From Chloroflexota bacterium (lineage in GTDB: Bacteria > Chloroflexota > UBA11872), in NCBI GenBank assembly GCA_965219705.1, contig CBDCOK010000001.1:259-64258 (forward strand): a stretch of DNA of 64,000 bases, written 5' to 3'. Positions within the stretch are counted from its first letter, which is position 1, and each line of letters starts with the position of its first letter. Shown here piece by piece: positions 46,677 through 55,994 of this stretch. The position numbers were made by a program, and so were the translations under genes. The notes beneath the pieces are model-generated. The model made no database searches. It was not told the origin of the DNA and saw nothing but the letters and a program-made list of their open reading frames with translations.

Positions 46677-48165
46677 CAGCCCGTGGCGAAAGTCAGGGGA
46701 TCCGCACTCGACCGGCTCGATCGAGTTCCGTACACTGGACGGCATGGCGATGGGCAAGAAACCGGCGGCTCGACAGCCGTCGCCGATGTGGGTGACCACG
46801 GCGGACCTTCCGACGAACGCCGGGCATCCCTTCTTCGAGCGTCTGAACCGGGTCCTGGAGGAGGCAGGCTTCGACGCCTTCGTCGAGGGACTGTGCGGGG
46901 CGTTCTACGCTGCGCGGATGGGCCGGCCGAGTCTACGGCCGGGCCGGTATTTCCGTCTGCTGTTCATCGGCTATTTCGAAGGGTTGTCCTCCGAGCGGGG
47001 GATCGCGTGGCGGGTGGCCGATTCGCTGAGTCTGCGGTCGTTTCTGGACCTGGACGTGACCGAGGCGGCACCGGACCACTCGACGTTGTCGCGCACGCGG
47101 CGGCTGATCGACGTGGAGACGCACGTGGCGGTTTTCACGTGGGTGTTGGAGCGGCTCTCCGCTGCAGGCCTGTTGCGGGGGAAGACGGTCGGCATCGATG
47201 CGACGACGCTGGAAGCGAACGCGGCGATGCGGAGCATCGAGCGTCGGGACACGGGCGAATCCTACGAGGCGTTCATTCGGCGGTTGGCGGAAGCGTCGGG
47301 GGTGGAGACACCGACACAGGCGGATCTGGCTCGGTTCGACCGGTCGCGGAAGAACAAGAAGACGTCGAACAAGGAGTGGAAATCGCCGCAGGACCCGGAC
47401 GCGAAGGTCGCGAAGATGAAGGACGGCCGGACGCACTTGGCTCACAAGGCCGAGCACGGGGTCGACATGGACACGGGGGCCATCGTGTCGGTGACGGTGC
47501 AGGATGCATCCGACGGCGATACGGCCACGCTGCCGGAGACGCTGATCACGGCGGCCGAGCAGGTGGAGTTGGTGGCGCCGGACGGTCCGGGGGTCGAAGA
47601 GGTGGTCGCCGACAAGGGGTACCACAGCGACGCGACGCTGGTGGCCCTCGGCGAGGTGGGGGTTCGGAGTCACGTATCGGAGCCGGAGCGCGGCCGGCGC
47701 TGCTGGCAGGACAAGAGGACGGGAGAGACGCCGCCGGAGAAGCGCGCTGCGCAGAAGGCGCTGTATGCGAACCGCCGGCGTGTGGGCGGGCGGCGGGGTC
47801 GTCGCCTGCAACGCTGCCGGGGCGAGGTGGTGGAGCGTTCTTTCGCACACATGTATGAGACAGGGGGAATGCGTCGGGTGTGGGTGCGCGGTCACGAGAA
47901 TGTCCGCAAGCGGGTGCTGATCCAGGCGGCCGCCTGCAACATCGGGCTGCTCCTGCGCCACCAGACCGGCATCGGTACGCCCCGGAGCCTGCAGGGGCGG
48001 GCTCTTTCGGCGATTTGCCGCCTGATCGACCGTCTGATCGACCGCTGGGGGCGTCTGACGCGCGCCTGGGGGTTCAAATGGACACCGACGGCCCTCGTCG
48101 GCTCAATTGCTCATCGCCAAGCTGCCTGAACAGCAGGGCTCAGCGATCAGACTTCTTCCACGGGC
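46667..48165 (+). mobile_element. IS5/IS1182-family IS (~1.5 kb); transposase 46744-48129 (461 aa)
   Basis: Transposase ...HPFFERLNRVLEEAGFDAFVEGLCGAFYAARMGRPSLRPGRYFRLLFIGYFEGLSSERGIAWRVADSLSL... (IS1182 group). Terminal inverted repeats CAGCCCGTGGCGAAAGTC and GACTTCTTCCACGGGCTGC. Confidence 0.75.
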
Positions 48166-48275
48166 TGCTAAGGACAGTGATCGATATAGATTTGCCGACT
48201 TCCGCAGGGCCCAGCCCCTTTTCGCTGCTCGGCACGCCCTGCACACGGCAAGGTAATTTCCGGCAGCATCCTAAG
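48166..48275 (+). repeat. 110-bp repeat starting with the ISAzo13-type terminal sequence CTAAGGACAGTGATCGATATAGATTTGCC; direct copy at 49125-49235
   Basis: ~95% identical to 49125-49235. The first ~35 nt match the IS end at 5631-5661. Confidence 0.55.
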
Positions 48276-48954
48276 CGTTTCGCGGTGCCCGACGGTCGCC
48301 GCCTGGCCAGCGGTATTCCCCGGTCAGGTTGATGTGCTCCCAGCCGAGCGGCGAGACGTGGGCCAGGAGTTCGCCCGGGATCTCGAGCCCGGCTTGCCTC
48401 CTCGCGAAGACGGCGTCGCCGAGCTTCAACGTGTTCCAGTAGATGATGATCGCGGCCAGCAGGTTGAGGCGACCCGGTAGTGCTGCCCTTCGCCGGTTCG
48501 GTCCTGCAGCTCGCCGCGTTGGTGAAAGTTGATCGCGCGCTTGAGGGCGTGGTGCGCCTCGCCCTTTGTTCAACCCGACCTGGACCCGACGTCGCATCCC
48601 GGGGTCGGTGGTCCAGTCGATCATGAACAGGGAGCATTCGACGCGACGCGGCCGACCTCCCGCGGCGAGCTTGCGTAGGCTCTGGCTGGGCCGCATGGTC
48701 CCGGCGGCCATGGTCGCCGCCACGCGCAGGATGTCCGCCCAGTTCCGGTCGATCAGGTCCACGTTCACCTTGCCGCCGACCAGCGGGCGCAGGAGCTTCG
48801 GGACGTCCGCGCGGTCGAACACGTAGAGGCGCTTCGACGGCAGGTCCCGGATGCGCGGGACGAAGGCGTAGCCGAGGATCGAGCACGCGGCGAAGACGTG
48901 GTCGGTATGCCCGCAGAACAGCAGCCCGCCAAAGACGCGTCCCACCGCGCGCAC
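48272..48954 (-). pseudogene. Tn3-family transposase C-terminal fragment (third Tn3 relative), degenerate
   Basis: ...ECSLFMIDWTTDPGMRRRVQVGLNKG... and ...LNLLAAIIIYWNTLKLGDAVFARRQAGLEIPGELLAHVSPLGWEHINLTGEYRW match the conserved Tn3 TnpA C-terminal region. Confidence 0.55.
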
Positions 48955-49124
48955 TCAGCACGATGGCAGTATCCCGAGTTGCTCGAGGAGGGATACGTCC
49001 CCGTTCCCGTTGGATTCCTCCGCCACTATGCGAGCCTGAAGCCGTACCCGCTCACCTCGGGGGAGGCACTCTTCGTCGTCCACCTGATGGCGTTCAAATG
49101 GGACAGCGACTCGCCGTTTCCGTC

Positions 49125-49235
49125 CTTAGGACAGTGATCGATATAAATTTGCCGACTTCCGCAGGGCCCAGCCCCTCTTTCGCTGCTCGGCACGCCCTGC
49201 ACACGGCAAGATAATTTCCGGCAACATCCTTACAA
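49125..49235 (+). repeat. Second copy of the 110-bp ISAzo13-end-like repeat
   Basis: See 48166-48275. Confidence 0.55.
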
Positions 49236-49481
49236 GAGGCTCGCCTCGAGAATGGGCGTTTCGGTCAAGATGGCACGGCGCCACGCGCAGAGCCTCGATC
49301 AGAAGGGCTACCTCCGTCGCCTGGTCCGCGTCGGCCAGACCAACCGCTTCAACCTCACGCCGTTGTTCGACGCCCTGCGGTCGGCCGTCATGACACGGCG
49401 CGCACCGTCGACACAGGCGCAAGAGTCCGCGCCAGAACGACTGGTTGACTTGCCGGCGTGAGCCTCCCCCGCGCGACCGAA

Positions 49482-49613
49482 CTCGACCAGCCGCTCCAGC
49501 ACGTCGAGCGCCGTCACCTGCAGCCGGTCGCCCAGCAGGAACTTCTGCCGCTGCGGGAACTTCTCCACCGTCGGCACCAGCCACCCCCAGGAGGAAGAGA
49601 ACAGAAGAATCAA
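49482..49613 (-). pseudogene. avd: Avd gene 5' fragment (remnant of a second DGR cassette next to target C)
   Basis: WLVPTVEKFPQRQKFLLGDRLQVTALDVLERLVE is ~90% identical to Avd at 17285-17602. Homology ends after ~44 codons. Confidence 0.55.
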
Positions 49614-49616
49614 GAC

Positions 49617-51173
49617 CTAATCAAGCGTCCTCGCGACACGGAAACCGAAGTCGGTGACCCGGCCGCGGACGTGGTCCCAGAAGCGCGCGCCGGGCCGCTC
49701 CGCGACGTCGTACCAGGAGCCGCCGCGCAGCACGCGATGGACGCAGTCGCCCTCCCAGCAGTCCTCCGTCCATTCCGACAGGTTCCCGACCATGTCGAAC
49801 AGGCCCGCGCCGTTCGCACCGTACGAGCCGACCGGGCACGTGCTAAGGTTCCCAGTCCGCTCACGGTCGCAGCCGCGCTGGGAACCCGCCGCCGCCCGGT
49901 CCCATTCCGCCTCGGTCGGCAAGCGATAAGTCGCCCCGGCCGTCCGGCTCAGCCACGACACATACGCCTGCGCGTCGTCCCAGCTCACGCACGTCACAGG
50001 ATGACGGTCCGTCTGCGGAAAGCCCGGGTCCCGCCGCGAATCGCCGCCAAAGGTGAGGCATCCGCCGCCCGCACCGCCGCCCGTCGCCGACGTGAACGCC
50101 CCATACTCGCCCACCGTCACCTCGTAGCGGCCCAGCGCGAGACGGCCGTCCGGCATCACCACCATCTCCGGGCACACCTCGCAGTCCCGGAACACCGCGC
50201 CCGGCTGCGGACGCGCGTCCGCGCCGGCCGCAGGCCCGCCGACCCGCGACCCGGACGCCGCCGCGGAGGCGCCGGAGACGCGCGAACCCGAAGCCGCGGT
50301 CCCGGCGCCGCCGCCGCGCGCCCCTGCCGCGCCGGACGCCCCGCCCGCCGGCGCGCCCAGCGCTGTCAGCCGGGCCTCGGCCAGCTCGCTGAACAGCCCG
50401 TTCGGGAACCGCCGCAGATACGCCTCGAACTCCGATGGGTTCGTGCTGTTCATGATTGACTGCCAGAACAGGCCCTCGAGCTCGGCAGAGGCGGCCGGCG
50501 CGGCCGCTGGCGGTGGCTGCGGCGGCGGCGCGGAGACGGCAGGCGGCGCAGCCGCGGCGGCGGCGGCCGGCTCCCGCTGGCGGAACGTCGGCTGACCCGG
50601 TGCCGACGGCCGCAGCGCCGCCGCCGACGGCCCATCCAGATAGCCCGTTGCGCGAGAACCCCGAGACGTCTGCCAGCGCCGAATCGCTGCGCGCGTGCGC
50701 GGACCGAACAAGCCGTCCGCACCGCCCGGGTCGAAGCCCGCCGACTGCAGGCCCCGCTGAATCTGCTGACGCGCCCCACGGTCGAGGCCCAGACCCTCCT
50801 CGACCACCGGGCCGTTGCAGCCCCACACCCGAACGAGGCATCCTGTGCCGCCACGCGAGCTGCACTCAGTCAGCGCACGCTGGCGGGCGCCGGCCGGCGA
50901 GGAGTACGACTCCCCCCAACCCACCGCCGTGCTGTCCGCGTCCTGGTCCGCCGCGTACGCGGCGCAGCGCTCGAACGTCAGCACCACCGAGCAGCCCGAG
51001 CCGCACTCCGACAGCACCCGCTGGCGAGCGGCCGCCGCCGTCTCGTAGTCGACTGCCCACCCCCACCGGTCGCCCTGGCGTTCGTCGACCGCCAGCGCAC
51101 CCACCGGCGGCTGCGCCGCGGGCGCCGACGCCATCCGCAGCAACACCCAGAAGACGAGCGCCAATCGGACCAT
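49617..51173 (-). CDS. DGR-target paralogue C (full length); VR at ~49623-49739
   Basis: MVRLALVFWVLLRMASAPAAQPPVGALAVDERQGDRWGWAVDYETAAAARQ... ; ends RVLRGGSWYDVAERPGARFWDHVRGRVTDFGFRVARTLD. Confidence 0.85.
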   Translation of the reverse strand: MVRLALVFWVLLRMASAPAAQPPVGALAVDERQGDRWGWAVDYETAAAARQRVLSECGSGCSVVLTFERCAAYAADQDADSTAVGWGESYSSPAGARQRALTECSSRGGTGCLVRVWGCNGPVVEEGLGLDRGARQQIQRGLQSAGFDPGGADGLFGPRTRAAIRRWQTSRGSRATGYLDGPSAAALRPSAPGQPTFRQREPAAAAAAAPPAVSAPPPQPPPAAAPAASAELEGLFWQSIMNSTNPSEFEAYLRRFPNGLFSELAEARLTALGAPAGGASGAAGARGGGAGTAASGSRVSGASAAASGSRVGGPAAGADARPQPGAVFRDCEVCPEMVVMPDGRLALGRYEVTVGEYGAFTSATGGGAGGGCLTFGGDSRRDPGFPQTDRHPVTCVSWDDAQAYVSWLSRTAGATYRLPTEAEWDRAAAGSQRGCDRERTGNLSTCPVGSYGANGAGLFDMVGNLSEWTEDCWEGDCVHRVLRGGSWYDVAERPGARFWDHVRGRVTDFGFRVARTLD

Positions 51174-51443
51174 CGGGAACCTCCTCGAAGTCGTTGCACC
51201 CCCGCCGGCCCGCGCGCCAGGCCCGCCACGACGGCTGCCGCGATCCTATCGCCGGTGTCCGTTGCAGCAAACCGCGAGTTGTCCTGCTCCGCCGGTCCTT
51301 GTTGGCAATCTTCTGAAACCGCGGTGTATGTTCCAGCTGGACATACAACGCGGTGGACTAAACCGCTACGGCGGTAGACGCTCAGTCGACCCGCCGGCAC
51401 TGCCGCGTCCAGGGTACCGACACCATTCGTGTTGTGATACACG

Positions 51444-54359
51444 CTAAGGGCGTCGCATCTTGAGCTTGGCGGGGTCGATCTTGATCTCGCCGTAGAGGAT
51501 GACGTTCTTCCACTCGATCGGGCTGACATGCCGCAGCAGATCGGGGTCGACCGGGAAGTCCGGCGCGGTGGCCAGCCGTGAGATCTCCCGGGCCTGCCAG
51601 TAGACGATGCAGGCGAGAATCAAGGTCAGGCACGAGCACGCGTTCATCTGGTCGTAGACATCGCGGGCGCTGATGCGCCCCCGCTGCCCGTAGTAGACGG
51701 CGCGCGCCAGGGCGTGGAGCTGCTCGACCTTGAGCAGGCCCCGCCGCACCTTCGCTCGCAGCTGCGGCTCGGACATGTACTGCAGCACGAATTCGGTCTT
51801 CAGCGCCCGGCCGAGCTCGCGGTTGGCGGCGTAGAAGCGGTTCGAGGCCTGGAAGCGGTTGAGCCTCTGCAGGGCGGCCGACGCCGTGGCGTGCCCTGCG
51901 GGGAACGCCGCGTAGAACTGGCCGATGCGGTCCCACTGCTCGGCGATGAGGCGGAAGTTCACCGCCCGCCGGCCGCGCTTGAGGACCGGCTCGAGGACGC
52001 CGTGGTCGCGGTCCGGGTCGGCGCAGTAGATCCGCTGGCGGTGCAGGCTGCGGATGCGCGGGCAGAACCGCATGCCGACCATCCCGAAGGCCGCGAAGTT
52101 GATCTCGGTGTAGCCGTGGGTGTCGGTGTAGTGCTCTTCGAGGTCGAGGTCGCTCTCGTGGTAGAGCACGCCGTCGAGCACGAAGGGCGCGTCGCGGTCG
52201 GTGCACTCGATCGGGCGGCTGTAGAACGGGGCGTAGTTGTCGGCGACGAAGGAGTAGAACTCAAGCGCGAAGTCGTTGAAGCGCGTGCTGTAGGTCCGCT
52301 GCAGCACCTTGTGCGGCATGGCGAAGCGCTGTCCGTCGCTGGCCGACGTCGTGCCGTCGCCCCAATAGCCGGCGGCGTCGAGGCGGGAGATGCCGTGGAC
52401 GATGGCGGCGAGCGCGGCCCGCTGGTTCTCCTCGACGAGACGCCAATCGCTGACGTACTTGAGCCGCCTGTAGGCGATGTCGGGGGCGACCTTCTCCATG
52501 GTGTACAGGCCGAGGTTGCAGCCGTGGGCGAGGATCGCGGCGAGCAGCGCGCACACCTCCCCGGGGTCGACCCGCTTCTCGCCGGGCTGCTGGAAGTGGA
52601 CGCTGAACCCGAGGTCGTTCTCGACCTCGATGAGCAGGTCGGCCAGCCGGATCGAGCGGCTGCGGGCGTCCAGCCAGCGGTGGAGTTCGGTGAGGCTGTC
52701 CGATTGCGCCGGGTCGGGCTGCTCGGCCGCGTCCGTCTTCAGTCGCCACCCGTCGTCGTCGAACGCGACCTGCCGGTTGTCAGCGACACCTTCCAGGAAC
52801 CGGTCGAACGCATCCGACAGACGCGCCTTCAGTTGCTCGACCGCCGCAGCGGGATCGACGGGGAACCCGGTTCGCACCCAGAACGCTTCGCGGACCTGCT
52901 CCCACCGCGCGGCGGGCAGGAAGAACGCCTCGAACCGGCCGAAGTTCTTCGCGCCGTCGATGGCGAGGTTGCCGGTCTGGATCTCGTCGCGCACCTTGAG
53001 GAACAACGCGCTCTCCCAGCGTCGGCGGTCCGTCACGCCGTCATGGCGGATGAGCGGCTGCAGCGCCGCCGGGGCGAAGTCGAGCGGCGCATGGGGCGGA
53101 GCGCCGCGGCGCCCCGCCGCGCGGTGTTCGCGGTAGGCCCGCAGCGCCGACAGCGTCGGCGACGTCCCCTCGCCCTGCTCGTCGACGAACTTCATCCTGC
53201 TCAGAAACGGCCCGGCGAACTGGCTCAGCCCGGCGTGCCGCTCGACCGTCTGCTCGAAGCGGGCCTTCCGGTCGCCCCGCGTCCAGTTCACCAGGTCGGA
53301 CTGGTCCTCGCGCAGCTGCGCCTCGGGCACGGTTGACAGCAGCCGGACCCGCAACTCGTCGTCGCCGACGTCGGGATCGAGCAGCACCGCGCCGAGCTGG
53401 CGGTAGCGGTGAACGATCCGGTCGACGGCCTGGCGTTGCGCCTTGAGCATGTCGTCGAGGCGGGTCTCGACCAGCTTGCGATTGCGGTCGAGGAGCTTGC
53501 CGTACATGTCGACGGCTTGGTCGAGCGTGTCGCGCCACGTCTGGTGCAGGAAGCACACCAGCGCGAGGTGACGGCGTGGGGCCGCCATCCTGCGCACCCG
53601 GTCGGCTGACGCGGTTCGCACGCTGTGGAACAGGATCCGCTGGTAGTTGCCGTTGACCCAGTCCACGTTGACTCCCAGTACGCCGGTCGCCTCGATCAGT
53701 TCCAGCCGCGCCAGCAGCCGCTTCATGCCCCCGACCGACGGGTTCGACGAACTCGCCTTGATCCGGTTCAAGGGCGAGTGCGGCTGGTCGTCGTCGACGG
53801 CGACCAGCGCGTCAAGACCTTCGCGCATCGGTGCCGACAGGCGCTCGGCCATGCGTTGCGTCAGCAACGTCCGGGCCTTGTGTCGGGCCGCCCCTATCGC
53901 GCGGCGCAACACCGGATCGGACGGTGCGAGAACGTGCTCGTCGCGGAGCCAGGCGCGCGCCCGAGCCAGCAGCGAGGCGGTCCGCTCGAGCCGCAACGCC
54001 TCGTCCTCGAGGAACCGCGCCAGCCGTTCTCCGGCGGCGGCCTCGAAAGCGCGCAGACGCAGGTACTCGCCGATGCGCTGCTGATGCTCCGAGACCGTCT
54101 GCTGCCGGCTGGCGTAGGCGTGGATCGTCTCGGCGTCGGCGCCTAGCTGCAGGGCCGCGAACCTCAGGATCTCCCCGTCGATCTCCAGGGGCGTCTGTTG
54201 GGGGAATCTGCCGAGCACACGCACGAAGGCGACCTGGTACGCGAAACCCAACCGGTTGTGGGAGCCCCGCCGCAGGGCGATCTCGCGGCGGTCGGCCTCG
54301 AGGAAGGTGGCATCGCGGACCAAGCGGGGGCGGGAGACGTCGGGGTCGGAGACCGGCAC
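51444..54359 (-). CDS. tnpA: Tn3-family transposase TnpA (971 aa)
   Basis: Full-length: N-terminal DUF4158-like region, central ...GEKRVDPGEVCALLAAILAHGCNLGLYTMEKV..., C-terminal DDE region ...DTHGYTEINFAAFGMVGMRFCPRIRSL...MNACSCLTLILACIVYW. Confidence 0.85.
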   Translation of the reverse strand: MPVSDPDVSRPRLVRDATFLEADRREIALRRGSHNRLGFAYQVAFVRVLGRFPQQTPLEIDGEILRFAALQLGADAETIHAYASRQQTVSEHQQRIGEYLRLRAFEAAAGERLARFLEDEALRLERTASLLARARAWLRDEHVLAPSDPVLRRAIGAARHKARTLLTQRMAERLSAPMREGLDALVAVDDDQPHSPLNRIKASSSNPSVGGMKRLLARLELIEATGVLGVNVDWVNGNYQRILFHSVRTASADRVRRMAAPRRHLALVCFLHQTWRDTLDQAVDMYGKLLDRNRKLVETRLDDMLKAQRQAVDRIVHRYRQLGAVLLDPDVGDDELRVRLLSTVPEAQLREDQSDLVNWTRGDRKARFEQTVERHAGLSQFAGPFLSRMKFVDEQGEGTSPTLSALRAYREHRAAGRRGAPPHAPLDFAPAALQPLIRHDGVTDRRRWESALFLKVRDEIQTGNLAIDGAKNFGRFEAFFLPAARWEQVREAFWVRTGFPVDPAAAVEQLKARLSDAFDRFLEGVADNRQVAFDDDGWRLKTDAAEQPDPAQSDSLTELHRWLDARSRSIRLADLLIEVENDLGFSVHFQQPGEKRVDPGEVCALLAAILAHGCNLGLYTMEKVAPDIAYRRLKYVSDWRLVEENQRAALAAIVHGISRLDAAGYWGDGTTSASDGQRFAMPHKVLQRTYSTRFNDFALEFYSFVADNYAPFYSRPIECTDRDAPFVLDGVLYHESDLDLEEHYTDTHGYTEINFAAFGMVGMRFCPRIRSLHRQRIYCADPDRDHGVLEPVLKRGRRAVNFRLIAEQWDRIGQFYAAFPAGHATASAALQRLNRFQASNRFYAANRELGRALKTEFVLQYMSEPQLRAKVRRGLLKVEQLHALARAVYYGQRGRISARDVYDQMNACSCLTLILACIVYWQAREISRLATAPDFPVDPDLLRHVSPIEWKNVILYGEIKIDPAKLKMRRP

Positions 54360-54478
54360 GGCTCTGTCCGAGATAAACGGGCGTTCTGACCGAACAGTTC
54401 AGCAGCAGGGAACATGACGCGTTCCATGTCCCGCATCTGTCAGATACAATACGCGCAGCTGCATTCCATGGACAGGCC

Positions 54479-55093
54479 GTGAAGACCGTCGCCTATCTGC
54501 GCGTCTCGACCCCGCAGCAGGACGTGAGCAGCCAGCGCCTCGCCATCCTGGAGTACGCGCGGGAGCACGACCTCCACATCGACGACTTCATCGAGGCGAC
54601 TGCCTCCGGACAGGCGTCCGAGAAGCGCCGCCGGCTCGACGAGCTGACGAACGCCCTGCAGCACGGCGACCGTCTGGTCGTCAGCGAACTCTCCCGGCTC
54701 GGCCGGTCGCTGGGTCAGGTCGTCGCCGTGCTCGACGCCCTCGCCAAGGCGGGCGTCGCCTTCGTGGCCCTGAAGGAGAACATCCGCGTCGAGGGCAAGC
54801 GCGACATCCAGACCAAGGTCATGACCACGCTCTTCGCGCTGTTCGCCGAGGTCGAGCGCGACCTGATCTCCGAGCGCACCCGCGAGGGCCTCGCCAAGGC
54901 CAGGGCCTCGGGCCGCAAGCTCGGGCGCCCGAAGGGATCGCTGGGCGTCTCACGGCTTGACGGCAAGGAGGACGAGATCCGGCGCTTCCTCGAGCTGGGC
55001 GTCTCGAAGACCGCCATCGCCAAGATCACCGGCGTGTCCCGGACCGCGCTCTACAGCTTCATGACCACCAGAGGGCTCAGGCCGAGCCGTTAG
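54479..55093 (+). CDS. tnpR: Serine recombinase/resolvase TnpR
   Basis: MKTVAYLRVSTPQQDVSSQ... gives the catalytic Ser in YLRVS. 204 aa with a C-terminal HTH (GVSKTAIAKITGVSRTALY). The stop lies inside the right inverted repeat. Confidence 0.85.
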   Translation: MKTVAYLRVSTPQQDVSSQRLAILEYAREHDLHIDDFIEATASGQASEKRRRLDELTNALQHGDRLVVSELSRLGRSLGQVVAVLDALAKAGVAFVALKENIRVEGKRDIQTKVMTTLFALFAEVERDLISERTREGLAKARASGRKLGRPKGSLGVSRLDGKEDEIRRFLELGVSKTAIAKITGVSRTALYSFMTTRGLRPSR

Positions 55094-55344
55094 CGTGTAT
55101 CAGAGCACGAATGGTGTCGGTACCCTTGAGGAGAACGAGGACCGCCGCGTCGAGCTCGAAACCCACCGGAGGCCGACGGCTCGAGGCACTCTCGACCACG
55201 TCGCCGACTGCACGAGGCGGACGCTGACGCACCCGCCATCCGGACGGGCCGGTCAGCGCCGTGCGATAGATGGCCCCCGACGCACCTGAGGCATGTCCGG
55301 GCGGCGCAACGCCGGATCGAGTCGGCCGCCTCGGCGGGTTCGGG

Positions 55345-55576
55345 CAATGAATCCTGGTGTTTTCGGCCGCTGGGGCGGGGCAACGCCAAGTTAACGTAGT
55401 GGGCGTTATCAGACGCCGGCCTGGGGCGGCTAGGCTGCGGAACAACTCGCGGCAATACTCCTCGAGGACGTATCGAACGATGTCCGCGGCGGGCTCGATG
55501 CGCCATGCCAACCTGAGTCCCCGCATCGGCCTTCCCCGTGGTAGGTTGGCTCTTCTCAGCAAAGGAGCAGAACACC
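55345..55576 (+). promoter_or_regulatory. Conserved leader of DGR-target paralogues (copy E)
   Basis: See 29646-29891. Confidence 0.5.
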
Positions 55577-55868
55577 ATGCGGACCGTTGCCGACTCGATG
55601 CTCGTTCTCTGCGCGCTGGTGTGCACGGCGTCGGTAGCCTCGGCGCAGCCGCCGGTGGGCGCGCTGGCGGTCGACGAGCGGCAGGGCGACCAGTATGGCT
55701 GGGCGGTGGACTACGAGACGGCGGGCGCGGCGCAGGCGCTCAGCGAGTGCGGCGCTGGTTGCCGGGTGGTGTTGACGTTCAACCGTTGCGCCGCGTATGC
55801 GGCGGACCAGGACGCGGACAGCACGGCGGTGGGCTGGGCGGAATCGTTCACGTCGTCGTCTGCAGGGC
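55577..55868 (+). pseudogene. DGR-target paralogue E, 5' fragment only (~97 codons)
   Basis: MRTVADSMLVLCALVCTASVASAQPPVGALAVDERQGDQYGWAVDYETAGAAQALSECGAGCRVVLTFNRCAAYAADQDADSTAVGWAESFTSSS, then unrelated sequence. The motif GGTTATGGGACGCC follows at 55974. Confidence 0.7.
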
Positions 55869-55994
55869 CAGTTGCGGGAGCAAAGGGCCAGAAGGTCCTC
55901 GCCTCCTGAACCGGCAGATCGTGACGCGGGTTGGGCTTAGCGTAGGGATTCCGCCCCCTCCCGCAAACAACCCGGTTATGGGACGCCAGGGCCG

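Larger units (their letters stand above)
51412..55125. mobile_element. Tn3-family transposon, complete minimal unit (IR-tnpA...tnpR-IR, 3.7 kb)
   Basis: Left repeat GGGTACCGACACCATTCGTGTTGTGATACACGCTAAGGG (51412-51450), right repeat its near-complement at 55093-55125. tnpA and tnpR are divergent with a ~120-bp res-type intergenic region. Confidence 0.8.

Noticed and set aside
51407-55131. 5-bp target-site duplication for the complete Tn3-family transposon
   Set aside because: Flanks (gcgtcca | cttgag) do not match. Either the element did not arrive here by simple transposition or the site was later rearranged. No duplication is claimed.
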